In this document: positions 37,296 through 49,622 of the stretch, piece after piece
How the letters are laid out: every line of letters begins with the position of its first letter
Numbering within the stretch: position 1 is the first letter of the stretch
Origin: Eledone cirrhosa
Taxonomy: Eukaryota
Direction: 5' to 3'
NCBI GenBank assembly: GCA_964016885.1
Contig: OZ024766.1
Span: 20,212,001 to 20,276,000 of the forward strand
DNA length: 64,000 nucleotides
Translations under genes and position numbers: made by a program
Notes under the pieces: model-generated
What the model was told of the DNA's origin: nothing
The model's input: only the letters and a program-made list of their open reading frames with translations
Database searches by the model: none

Positions 37296-38020
37296 CGTCT
37301 CATACTGATGTTAAGGTATTGTTCTAAAGGGTATTTCACTGGTACTATATTTTATAAAATCTTATAAAACCGAAGGACGAAAGCTGAAGTAATATATATT
37401 ATATCCATTACTCATTTCACAAAGCTTCAACATTATATATATAAATATAATATAGTAGTAATTAATTTTAATTAATTAATTAACCAGTAATACATCTTGA
37501 AACAATTAAGCCAAATTATTAATACAAGCTTTTATTTAATATAATGAAAAACTTCATTATACAACAGTAAAATACTAAAAGAAATGATTTTTTTTTTTTA
37601 AATATATATAGATGTAAAAATATATATATATATATATCATTACAAAAATATATATATATATATATATATATATCATTACAAAATAGTTGTGAAATTTTTT
37701 TAAATAAATATATTTTTTGTGTGATTTTTTTTTTTTCCATAAAAAATACAATTTTGGTTATAAATATAAATATAAAATTTTTTTTTATATATAAAATATA
37801 AAAAATATATGAAAAAATGTATGAAAAATGTATAAAAAAAATTATATATATATATATGCGTGTGTATATATATATATATAGTCAAACTTTTTCATTATAG
37901 TGGAAATATATATATATATATATGTGTAAATAGCTTTCATTCCACTGTTATTAAATACACACACACACACACACTCGTGTGTATATATAAATATATATAT
38001 ATACACACACGCACACACAC

Positions 38021-38076
<56 letters not shown>

Positions 38077-38177
38077 AATATATACATACACACACATGTA
38101 GATAGACTGGTAGGTGGGTATAAATATATGTGTGTAAATATTTTTCATTCCAGCCAGTGAAAATAAATTATATACAT

Positions 38178-38212
<35 letters not shown>

Positions 38213-38294
38213 CTGGTGGTTTGAAATTCCTGTAAAGGAAAACACACTCTTCTGTGTTTTTCCCCTCCCTCTCTCTCTCTCTCTCTCTATAGAT

Positions 38295-38365
<71 letters not shown>

Positions 38366-38585
38366 TAGGTAAACATTTATGTGTGTAAAAACCTCTCATT
38401 CTAGTTTAAATAAATTACACACTATATATACATACACACACGCACACAAAAAATATGTTCATATGTAAATCCTGGGTAAAACCGGGTGTAACCACAGTTA
38501 AAAAGCTACTCAATACATTAGAGTGCAAACATTATTTCAAATAGAAATAGCTTCTTCAGGACTAGAACTTTCATTTATAGTCCCG

Positions 38586-39090
38586 TAAATTACAGGTACA
38601 GTCTAGTTCTCAGGAAGATTCAGCATGACAGTGTCAAGCAAGAGTGACCCTTTAAATTACAGGTACCACTAGTTCTCAGGAAGATTCAGCATGACAGTGT
38701 CAAGCAAGAGTGACCCTTTAAATTACAGGTACCACTAGTTCTCAGGAAGATTCAGCATGACAGTGTCAAGCAAGAGTGACTCTTTTAAATTACAGGTACA
38801 GTCTAGTTCTCAGGAAGATTCAGCATGACAGTGTCAAGTAAGACTGACCCTTTAAATTACAGGTACCACTAGTTCTCAGGAAGATTCAGCATGACAGTGT
38901 CAAGTAAGACTGACCCTTTAAATTACAGGTACCACTAGTTCTCAGGAAGATTCAGCATTAGTGTCAAGTAAGACTGACCCTTTAAATTACAGGTACCACT
39001 AGTTCTCAGGAAGATTCAGCATGAGTGTCAAGTAAGACTGACCCTTTAAATTACAGGTACCACTAGTTCTCAGGAAGATTCAGCATTAGT
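38586..39090. repeat. About 66-bp minisatellite, about 8 copies
   Basis: aaattacaggtaccactagttctcaggaagattcagcatgacagtgtcaagcaagagtgacccttt. Confidence 0.93.
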
Positions 39091-39855
39091 AGTCGTGAGC
39101 CCAGCACCTTAACTAGGGAGCTGAATACACACACAACTACACTCATATATACAAATACATACACACAATTATATACTCAAATATAGATACGCACATACAT
39201 ACATACATACATATATATATATACACACACACATCATTTAACGTGTTTTCCAATACACACATTCAAAAATGTATATACACACATATTCCCACATACATAT
39301 ACACACAGATGCTTACACATAAATCGATACACAGACAAATATATCCACACACATATATATATATATACACACACACATAGAATGCACACACACACACATA
39401 TATATATATACATATATACAAAAAATATGAAATAAATGAGACAACACAAGGCTTATATCTTTATTAAAACCAAAATATACATACATACAGAGGTAGATAT
39501 AGAGGTATATATACATGTATATATATACACACATGTATATACAATAGAAGGATTAATAAACAGGCAGAGTTAAGATATATATTTGACAAAACGGTTGAAG
39601 AGGGGGTTAAGGAAGGGGTGGGGTAAAGGGGTAAGGGTAAAAATATATTGGGCGGAGGGGGTGTTTAGAAAAAACAGACACCCACATACACCCATCATTT
39701 ACACTATGACACCCTCCTACTGGTTACCCCTCGTAACCAAATGGTGGGTGGTTCAATCTCCGACTAAGCCTTATACATAACACACATATTCATAGACATT
39801 TTTTTCAAATTCCAACCCTGCCCGTCCCCCTCGATCTTTCTTATTTCTCATTCTT

Positions 39856-39891
39856 TCTTCTGATGAAGGACCAGTGTCCGAAACGTTAAGA
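39856..39891 (+). ncRNA. Minimal type I hammerhead ribozyme motif (Penelope-like)
   Basis: TCTT-CTGATGA-A-GGAC-CAGT-GTCC-GAAA-CGTT-AAGA: stem I TCTT/AAGA, stem II GGAC/GTCC, both core boxes, palindromic AACGTT in place of stem III. Confidence 0.75.
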
Positions 39892-39990
39892 CCCTCTTCC
39901 TGCTATATCAAGCGTTAACCTAATATATCCCTTCCATATACTGTACTGATTGTGTTGTTATTTCTGTTTACCTTTTACATTTCTACATAT

Positions 39991-40371
39991 ATCATTTCAT
40001 TTTACGTCCGCTTTTTCCCTGTTTGCAAGGGTGGGACGGGAACTGATGCTGGCTTGATTCCTACAGCTGGATGCCCTTCCTAACACCAACCTCATTTACA
40101 GTGAGTGCTGGGTGCTTTTTTGCTGTGGCACCTCCACGACCACTTTACAGTGAGTGCTGGGTGCTTTTTGCCGTGGCACCTCCACGACCACTTTGCAGTG
40201 GAATGATAGGGACCCCAGTCCCTATCATCTCATTTCTACAGCTGAGTAAACTGGAGCAATGTGAAATAAAGTGTCTTGCTCAAGGAAACAACACATCATC
40301 CGGTCTGAGAATTGAACTCACAACCTTTCGATTGCAAGGCCAATGCTCTAACCACTAAGCCATGTGCCTTC
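39991..40371 (-). mobile_element. Near full-length CORE-type tRNA-SINE (only 2 internal 49-bp units)
   Basis: Reverse complement of the 619-1300 and 8090-8895 family; A and B boxes present. Confidence 0.88.
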
Positions 40372-40381
40372 ATATATATAT

Positions 40382-40424
<43 letters not shown>

Positions 40425-40681
40425 AAGCACTTCTAACCACTCCATCACGTGCTTCCATACATACTCTCGGATCCCAAATAATAGAGGGAGCATTTGAACT
40501 GGGGGGAAAAAGGAAAAAAAAAATCTATAATTTTTCTAGTTTCCCTTGATTTTTTTTATAAAAACCAGAATTAGTCATTTAGTTTACACATTGAGACTCC
40601 CAACCCATCCTATTCATTTCATAACATACGGGCTTTCTAGTATAATGTACTTTTTTTTTTGTCATGTATGTTTTTTAATAT

Positions 40682-40889
40682 ATGCTGGGTGCTTTTTCTG
40701 CAGTGGCACCTCCACGACCACTTTGCAGTGGAATGATAGGGACCCCAGTCCCTATCATCTCATTTCTACAGCTGAGTAAACTGGAGCAATGTGAAATAAA
40801 GCGTCTTGCTCAAGGAAACACATCATCCGGTCTGAGAATTGAACTCACAACCTTTCGATTGCAAGGCCAATGCTCTAACCACTAAGCCT
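40682..40889 (-). mobile_element. CORE-type SINE fragment (head and core)
   Basis: Near-identical to 40153-40361. Confidence 0.85.
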
Positions 40890-41027
40890 TACATAATATC
40901 GAATCTATGAGATTTTGATATTATTCTTTTCGAGAACAATACCTCAACATCAGTATTGGCAGCCAGTTATGACCGGTTTGAACAGTAGGTAAGGGAATTC
41001 TAGTCAGGTACGGCCCGGCCCGTTTAA

Positions 41028-42455
41028 CCTCTTCAGTGCTGTAGATGAAATAACTCGTCCTAACATATTTGAACTTCTTTCCAACAGTTCATAACTTCAA
41101 AGTTGTGAACTCTCTTCCCATAGTTCTTAACTTCAAAGCTAGATGGCGTTACTAGTTTATTGATGTGACATTTGTCAATCATTCAGATAAAAGTTTATTT
41201 ATATATAAAAGTCATTTTACTGGAGAAAAAACCTAGCAGCATAGCAACTGTAGCTGTGTAAAATATACACAGGAGTCAACACAGCAACTGTAGCTGTGTA
41301 AAATATACACAGCAGTCAACACAGCAACTGTAGCTGTGTAAAATATACACAGCAGTCAACACAGCAACTGTAGCTGTGTAAAATATACACAGGAGTCAAC
41401 ACAGCAACTGTAGCTGTGTAAAATATACACAGCAGTCAACACAGCAACTGTAGCTGTGTAAAATATACACAGCAGTCAACACAGCAACTGTAGCTGTGTA
41501 AAATATACACAGGAGTCAACACAGCAACTGTAGCTGTGTAAAATATACACAGGAGTCAACACAGCAACTGCAGCTGTGTAAAATATACAGAGACAGGAGT
41601 CAACACAGCAACTGTAGCTGTGTAAAATATACACAGCAGTCAACACAGCCACTGTAGCTGTGTAAAATATACACAGCAGTCAACACAGCAACTGTAGCTG
41701 TGTAAAATATACACAGTAGTCAACACACCAACTGTAGCTGTGTAAAATATACACAGCAGTCAACACAGCAACTGTAGCTGTGTAAAATATACACAGTAGT
41801 CAACACAGCAACTGTAGCTGTGTAAAATATACAGAGACAGGAGTCAACACAGCAACTGTAGCTGTGTAAAATATACACAGCAGTCAACACAGCCACTGTA
41901 GCTGTGTAAAATATACACAGCAGTCAACACAGCCACTGTAGCTGTATAAAATATACACAGCAGTCAACACAGCAACTGCAGCTGTGTAAAATATACACAG
42001 CAGTCAACACAGCAACTGTAGCTGTGTAAAATATACACAGCAGTCAACACAGCAACTGTAGCTGTGTAAAATATACACAGTAGTCAACACACCAACTGTA
42101 GCTGTGTAAAATATACACAGCAGTCAACACAGCAACTGTAGCTGTGTAAAATATACACAGTAGTCAACACACCAACTGTAGCTGTGTAAAATATACAGAG
42201 ACAGGAGTCAACACAGCAACTGTAGCTGTGTAAAATATACACAGCAGTCAACACAGCCACTGTAGCTGTGTAAAATATACACAGCAGTCAACACAGCCAC
42301 TGTAGCTGTGTAAAATATACACAGCAGTCAACACAGCAACTGCAGCTGTGTAAAATATACACAGCAGTCAACACAGCAACTGTAGCTGTGTAAAATATAC
42401 ACAGCAGTCAACACAGCAACTGTAGCTGTGTAAAATATACACAGCAGTCAACAGG
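41028..42455. mobile_element. TTAA-flanked piggyBac-like MITE containing a 40-bp array (about 30 copies, 41240-42452)
   Basis: TTAA|CCTCTTCAGTGCTG ... CAGCAGTCAACAGG|TTAA (11/14 inverted match); unit cagcaactgtagctgtgtaaaatatacacagcagtcaaca. Confidence 0.65.
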
Positions 42456-42638
42456 TTAAATGAAATGAAAAAAAAATTAATTATAGCTGGAATGTTACCA
42501 CTAAATAAGATTTCATCAGAGAGAGATTAGCAAAATTTAACGAGCGACGTCGTAAAAAACTTTGGAATAATTATTAAGTAGGGGCACGATGATTATTTGA
42601 GATCCGAGAGTACATACAAAGGGGAGATAATCTGATAT

Positions 42639-43063
42639 AGGGTGGGAGGTAGGGCAAAGAAAGGAGACAGGGTGGGGCGGTAGGGCAAAGAAAGGAGACA
42701 GGGTGGGAGGTAGGGCAAAGAAAGGAGACAGGGTGGGAGGTAGGGCAAAGAAAGGAGACAGGGTGGGGTGGTAGGGCAAAGAAAGGAGACAGGGTGGGCG
42801 GTAGGGCAAAGAAAGGAGACAGGGTGGGCGGTAGGGCAAAGAAAGGAGACAGGGTGGGAGGTAGGGCAAAGAAAGGAGACAGGGTGGGGTGGTAGGGCAA
42901 AGAAAGGAGACAGGGTGGGCGGTAGGGCAAAGAAAGGAGACAGGGTGGGCGGTAGGGCAAAGAAAGGAGACAGGGTGGGCGGTAGGGCAAAGAAAGGAGA
43001 CAGGGTGGGAGGTAGGGCAAAGAAAGGAGACAGGGTGGGGAGGTAGGGCAAAGAAAGGAGACA
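42639..43063. repeat. 30-31-bp G-rich minisatellite, about 14 copies
   Basis: gtagggcaaagaaaggagacagggtggg(c/a)g. Confidence 0.93.
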
Positions 43064-43642
43064 GAGAGGATGGAGGGAAGGAAGGCGGGCAGGCGGGTGG
43101 GTGTAGATACAAAATAGATAATTAGGTGGTCATTAAAATAATTTTTTTTCTCGTTAAAAAATATTTTTTTTATTAATCCAAAAAAAAAAAAAAAAGAGAA
43201 AAAAAAAAAAAATCAAAAGAAATAAAACACTTTTTACACAAATTTACCTGCAAATAAAAACGACCCCCCCCCCCCTCCTAACGACAACAAAATGAAGGCA
43301 GTGCCCCAGCATGGCCGCAGTCTAATGACTGTGGCCATTAAATGAATAATAATTAAATGAATAATAATTTTTTTTTAAAAAACCAACCAACAGAAATAAA
43401 AAAATTTTTTTTGATTTTAAATATCCCCCCCTCCCCTCCCACCCAGAAATTTAATTAAATTTAATTTAATTAAATTTGATTTAATTGAATTTAAAAAAGA
43501 AAAAAAAGAGAAACAATTTATAAAGGAATAATTTCTGCGGTGCCCCAGAATGGCCAGTGGTGGGACCAGTATAAAGAATAGAATTTAAAAAAAAAAACTA
43601 CTGCCCAACCCCGCTGATATTCCACATGGGTATATATATGTG

Positions 43643-43677
<35 letters not shown>

Positions 43678-43683
43678 GTGTAT

Positions 43684-43735
<52 letters not shown>

Positions 43736-43857
43736 TTATATTTTTATGTCTATATATACATTTAATACACATATATACATATATAAATTATGTGTGCGTA
43801 TGTTTGTATATACGCACACATGACATATATATATATATATATATATATGTTTATACG

Positions 43858-43932
43858 CGAGGATGTCCCAAAATATATATACACATTTATTAGAATGCTG
43901 TTGAAATGTGTATATATTTTTTTGACATCCTG
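43858..43932. mobile_element. Short palindromic Tc1/mariner-like MITE remnant
   Basis: aggatgtcccaaaatatatatacacattt ... aaatgtgtatatattttttgacatcct inverted arms; related copy at about 60275-60348. Confidence 0.5.
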
Positions 43933-43972
43933 TATGTATATATATATCTACACACACATATGTGCATATGTT

Positions 43973-44021
<49 letters not shown>

Positions 44022-44129
44022 CACACACAAGAGGTTTGAACACTCAAAAAATTTTTATACATTTTTATACACAAAAAAAAAATGGTTTATATAGAATTTC
44101 CTACATAAATATACATCTTCACACATGGC

Positions 44130-44174
<45 letters not shown>

Positions 44175-45333
44175 ACACATGTATAAATATATAGACATAT
44201 ATACATATAAACATACATGAATATAAACATGTATATATATAAACATGTATATATACATACATATATAAACATATATATATACATACATATATAAACATAT
44301 ATATATACATACATATATAAACATATATATATATACATACATATATAAACATATATATATATACATACATATATAAACATATATATATATACATACATAT
44401 ATAAACATATATATATATACATACATATATAAACATATATATATATACATACATATATAAACATATATATATATACATACATATATAAACATATATATAT
44501 ATATATACATACATATATAAACATATATATATAAACATATATATATATACATACATAAACATATATATATATATATATACATAAACATATAAACATATAT
44601 ATATATATACATAAACATATATATATATATACATAAACATATAAACATATATATATATATACATAAACATATATATATATATATACATACATATATAAAC
44701 ATATATATATATATATACATACATATATAAACATATATATATATATATATACATACATATATAAACACAAACATATATATATATATATATAAATAAACAT
44801 ATATATATAAACATATATATAAACATATATATATATAAACATATATAAACATATATATAAACATACATATATATATATAAACATATATAAACATATATAT
44901 AAACATATATATATAAAGATATATATAAACATACATATATATAAACATACATATATATAAACATATATATATATAAACATATATATATATATATAAACAT
45001 ATATATATATATATAAACATATATATAAACATATATATATAAACATATATATATAAACATATATATATAAACATATATATATATAAACATATATATATAA
45101 ACACATATACATATAAACATATATATATAAACATACATATATATAAACATATATATATAAACATATATATATATATATAAACATATATATATAAACATAT
45201 ATATATAAACATATATATATATATATAAACATATATATATAAACATATATATATATATAAACATATATATATATATAAACATATATATATATATATAAAC
45301 ATATATATATAAACATATATACATATATATATA
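44130..45333. repeat. (TA)n microsatellite punctuated by AAAC/CATA
   Basis: Direct inspection. Confidence 0.93.
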
Positions 45334-45522
45334 GATGCCTTAATAAAGGCTACATCACTGACGACCAAATATACTTTTGATCTTTAGGTTTGGTTTTAGG
45401 GGTCGGATTGTCGACCACCCTTAAGGGCTCAACAGCAGATCAGGGGTGAACCCTGTCATATTAACATATGCCCCAAGATATATAAGGTGTAGATGGAGAG
45501 AGAGAAAAAATAGAATACATAC

Positions 45523-45553
45523 ACTTTTTCTGTAGTCATCACCTCGGGATGGC
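45523..45553 (-). CDS. RBBP6: RBBP6 coding exon 3 (31-nt microexon)
   Basis: Pyrimidine tract ctttctctcccctag|G...AGT|gtatgt; (W)PSRGDDYRKS; supplies the phase 2 to 0 exon needed between exons 2 and 4. Confidence 0.8.
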
Positions 45554-45654
45554 CTAGGGGAGAGAAAGGTAAGATAGATAGTGTGGGGCTTGGCATGTCC
45601 TCACTATATACTACTCCACACCATGTCCTAACTATGACACCACAACACCACCAT

Positions 45655-48600
45655 CGCATCTCTAAGGCAATGTCACGGAATAGAGATCTTTGGCGCCGTG
45701 CAGTTGTACAGAAAACCTGCCCTCCCTTGGATACAAACCTACAGTCAGTAGGCACCCCTTAACCCAATATACAACCCCCCACCTCATCCATACCACAAAG
45801 TACCCGGTCCACACTGTAAAGTGGTCATGTAGGAGACACAGTAAAAAGGCTCCCAGTCCACACTGTAAAGTGGTCATGTAGGAGACACAGTAAAAAGGCT
45901 CCCAGTCCACACTGTAAAGTGGTCGTGTAGGAGACACAGTAAAAAGGCTCCCAGTCCACACTGTAAAGTGGTCATGTAGGGGACACAGTAAAAAGGCTCC
46001 CAGTCCACACTGTAAAGTGGTCATGTAGGAGACACAGTAAAAAGGCTCCCAGTCCACACTGTAAAGTGGTCATGTAGGAGACACAGTAAAAAGGCTCCCA
46101 GTTCACACTGTAAAGTGGTCATGTAGGAGACACAGTAAAAAGGCTCCCAGTTCACACTGTAAAGTGGTCATGTAGGAGACACAGTAAAAAGGCTCCCAGT
46201 CCACACTGTAAGGTGGTCATGTAGGAGACACAGTAAAAAGGCTCCCAGTCCACACTGTAAGGTGGTCATGTAGGAGACACAGTAAAAAGGCTCCCAGTCC
46301 ACACTGTAAGGTGGTCATGTAGGAGACACAGTAAAAAGTCTCCCAGTCCACACTGTAAGGTGGTCATGTAGGAGACACAGTAAAAAGGCTCCCAGTCCAC
46401 ACTGTAAAGTGGTCATGTAGGAGACACAGTAAAAAGTCTCCCAGTCCACACTGTAAAAAGGCTCCCAGTCCACACTGTAAGGTGGTCATGTAGGAGACAC
46501 AGTAAAAAGGCTCCCAGTCCACACTGTAAGGTGGTCATGTAGGAGACACAGTAAGAAGGCTCCCAGTCCACACTGTAAAGTGGTCATGTAGGAGACACAG
46601 TAAAAAGTCTCCTAGTCCACACTGTAAAGTGGTCATGTAGGAGACACAGTAAAAAGTCTCCCAGTCCACACTGTAAGGTGGTCATGTAGGAGACACAGTA
46701 AAAAGGCTCCCAGTCCACACTGTAAAGTGGTCATGTAGGAGACACAGTAAAAAGTCTCCCAGTCCACACTGTAAAAAGGCTCCCAGTCCACACTGTAAGG
46801 TGGTCATGTAGGAGACACAGTAAGAAGGCTCCCAGTCCACACTGTAAAGTGGTCATGTAGGAGACACAGTAAAAAGGCTCCCAGTCCACACTGTAAAGTG
46901 GTCATGTAGGAGACACAGTAAAAAGGCTCCCAGTCCACACTGTAAGGTGGTCATGTAGGAGACACAGTAAGAAGGCTCCCAGTCCACACTGTAAAGTGGT
47001 CATGTAGGAGACACAGTAAAAAGGCTCCCAGTACACTCTGTAAAGTGGTCATGTAGGAGACACAGTAAGAAGGCTCCCAGTCCACACTGTAAAGTGGTCA
47101 TGTAGGAGACACAGTAAAAAGGCTCCCAGTCCACACTGTAAGGTGGTCATGTAGGAGACACAGTAAGAAGGCTCCCAGTCCACACTGTAAAGTGGTCATG
47201 TAGGAGACACAGTAAAAAGGCTCCCAGTCCACACTGTAAAGTGGTCATGTAGGAGACACAGTAAAAAGGCTCCCAGTCCACACAGTAAGGTGGTCATGTA
47301 GGAGACACAGTAAGAAGGCTCCCAGTCCACACTGTAAAGTGGTCATGTAGGAGACACAGTAAAAAGGCTCCTAGTCCACACTGTAAAGTGGTCATGTAGG
47401 AGACACAGTAAAAAGGCTCCCAGTACACTCTGTAAAGTGGTCATGTAGGAGACACAGTAAAAAGGCTCCCAGTCCACACTGTAAAGTGGTCATGTAGGAG
47501 ACACAGTAAAAAGGCTCCCAGTCCACACTGTAAAGTGGTCATGTAGGAGACACAGTAAAAAGGCTCCCAGTCCACACTGTAAAGTGGTCATGTAGGAGAC
47601 ACAGTAAAAAGGCTCCCAGTCCACACTGTAAGGTGGTCATGTAGGAGACACAGTAAAAAGGCTCCCAGTCCACACTGTAAGGTGGTCATGTAGGAGACAC
47701 AGTAAAAAGGCTCCCAGTCCACACTGTAAGGTGGTCATGTAGGAGACACAGTAAAAAGGCTCCCAGTCCACACTGTAAGGTGGTCATGTAGGAGACACAG
47801 TAAAAAGGCTCCCAGTCCACACTGTAAGGTGGTCATGTAGGAGACACAGTAAAAAGGCTCCCAGTCCACACTGTAAGGTGGTCATGTAGGAGATACAGTA
47901 AAAAGGCTCCCAGTCCACACTGTAAGGTGGTCATGTAGGAGACACAGTAAAAAGGCTCCCAGTCCACACTGTAAGGTGGTCATGTAGGAGATACAGTAAA
48001 AAGGCTCCCAGTCCACACTGTAAAGTGGTCATGTAGGAGACACAGTAAAAAGGCTCCCAGTCCACACTGTAAGGTGGTCATGTAGGAGATACAGTAAAAA
48101 GGCTCCCAGTCCACACTGTAAAGTGGTCATGTAGGAGACACAGTAAGAAGGCTCCCAGTCCACACTGTAAGGTGGTCATGTAGGAGATACAGTAAAAAGG
48201 CTCCCAGTCCACACTGTAAAGTGGTCATGTAGGAGACACAGTAAAAAGGCTCCCAGTCCACACTGTAAGGTGGTCATGTAGGAGACACAGTAAAAAGGCT
48301 CCCAGTCCACACTGTAAAGTGGTCATGTAGGAGACACAGTAAAAAGGCTCCCAGTCCACACTGTAAGGTGGTCATGTAGGAGATACAGTAAAAAGGCTCC
48401 CAGTCCACACTGTAAAGTGGTCATGTAGGAGACACAGTAAAAAGGCTCCCAGTCCACACTGTAAGGTGGTCATGTAGGAGACACAGTAAAAAGGCTCCCA
48501 GTCCACACTGTAAAGTGGTCATGTAGGAGACACAGTAAAAAGGCTCCCAGTCCACACTGTAAGGTGGTCATGTAGGAGACACAGTAAAAAGGCTCCCAGT

Positions 48601-49457
48601 CCACACTGTAAGGTGGTCATGTAGGAGATACAGTAAAAAGGCTCCCAGTCCACACTGTAAGGTGGTCATGTAGGAGACACAGTAAAAAGGCTCCCAGTCC
48701 ACACTGTAAGGTGGTCATGTAGGAGATACAGTAAAAAGGCTCCCAGTCCACACTGTAAGGTGGTCATGTAGGAGACACAGTAAAAAGGCTCCCAGTCCAC
48801 ACTGTAAGGTGGTCATGTAGGAGATACAGTAAAAAGGCTCCCAGTCCACACTGTAAGGTGGTCATGTAGGAGACACAGTAAAAAGGCTCCCAGTCCACAC
48901 TGTAAAGTGGTCATGTAGGAGACACAGTAAGAAGGCTCCCAGTCCACACTGTAAAGTGGTCATGTAGGAGACACAGTAAAAAGGCTCCCAGTCCACACTG
49001 TAAGGTGGTCATGTAGGAGACACAGTAAAAAGGCTCCCAGTCCACGCTGTAAAGTGGTCATGTAGGAGACACAGTAAAAAGGCTCCCAGTCCACACTGTA
49101 AAGTGGTCATGTAGGAGACACAGTAAAAAGGCTCCCAGTCCACACTGTAAAGTGGTCATGTAGGAGACACAGTAAGAAGGCTCCCAGTCCACACTGTAAG
49201 GTGGTCATGTAGGGGACACAGTAAAAAGGCTCCCAGTCCACACTGTAAGGTGGTCATGTAGGAGACACAGTGAAAAGGCTCCCAGTCCACACTGTAAAGG
49301 TGGTTGGTGTTAGGAAGGGCAACCAGCCGTAAAAAACCTACCAGAGACACTTCTGTACAAGCAAGACACGGTCCCCCGGCCATTCCCGCATTATATGGAA
49401 CATAACTGTCTAACCCATGCTAGCCTGGAAGATGGACGTTAAACGATGATGACGATG
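45655..49457 (+). mobile_element. RTE LINE 3' end with a 49-bp unit expanded about 71 times (45806-49298)
   Basis: Begins with an ...ISKAMSRNRDLWRRAVVQKTCPP-like ORF end; unit cactgtaaagtggtcatgtaggagacacagtaaaaaggctcccagtcca; tail ggttggtgttaggaagggc...ggacgttaaacgatgatgacgatga. Confidence 0.88.
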
Positions 49458-49622
49458 AGTGTATGTGTGCGTGTGTAATTCAAATTAAAAAATATATGTG
49501 TATAGCCATATAGAGCAATGAGCTTTCTCATTTTTATATGTACACTCAAATACACCCCCACTTCATCTCCATCAGAGACAAGTTTGTTTTATTCATTTAA
49601 ATATATATATGTGTATATATAT

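Larger units (their letters stand above)
40462..42612. mobile_element. Non-autonomous DNA transposon remnant with 21-bp terminal inverted repeats, carrying nested insertions
   Basis: tactctcggatcccaaataat (40462-40482) versus attatttgagatccgagagta (42592-42612), one mismatch; related pieces at about 57424 and 59640-60075. Confidence 0.6.

Noticed and set aside
790-49298. CRISPR-like appearance of the 49-bp hairpin-containing arrays
   Set aside because: Contiguous tandem units with no unique spacers, no cas genes, eukaryotic retroelement context.
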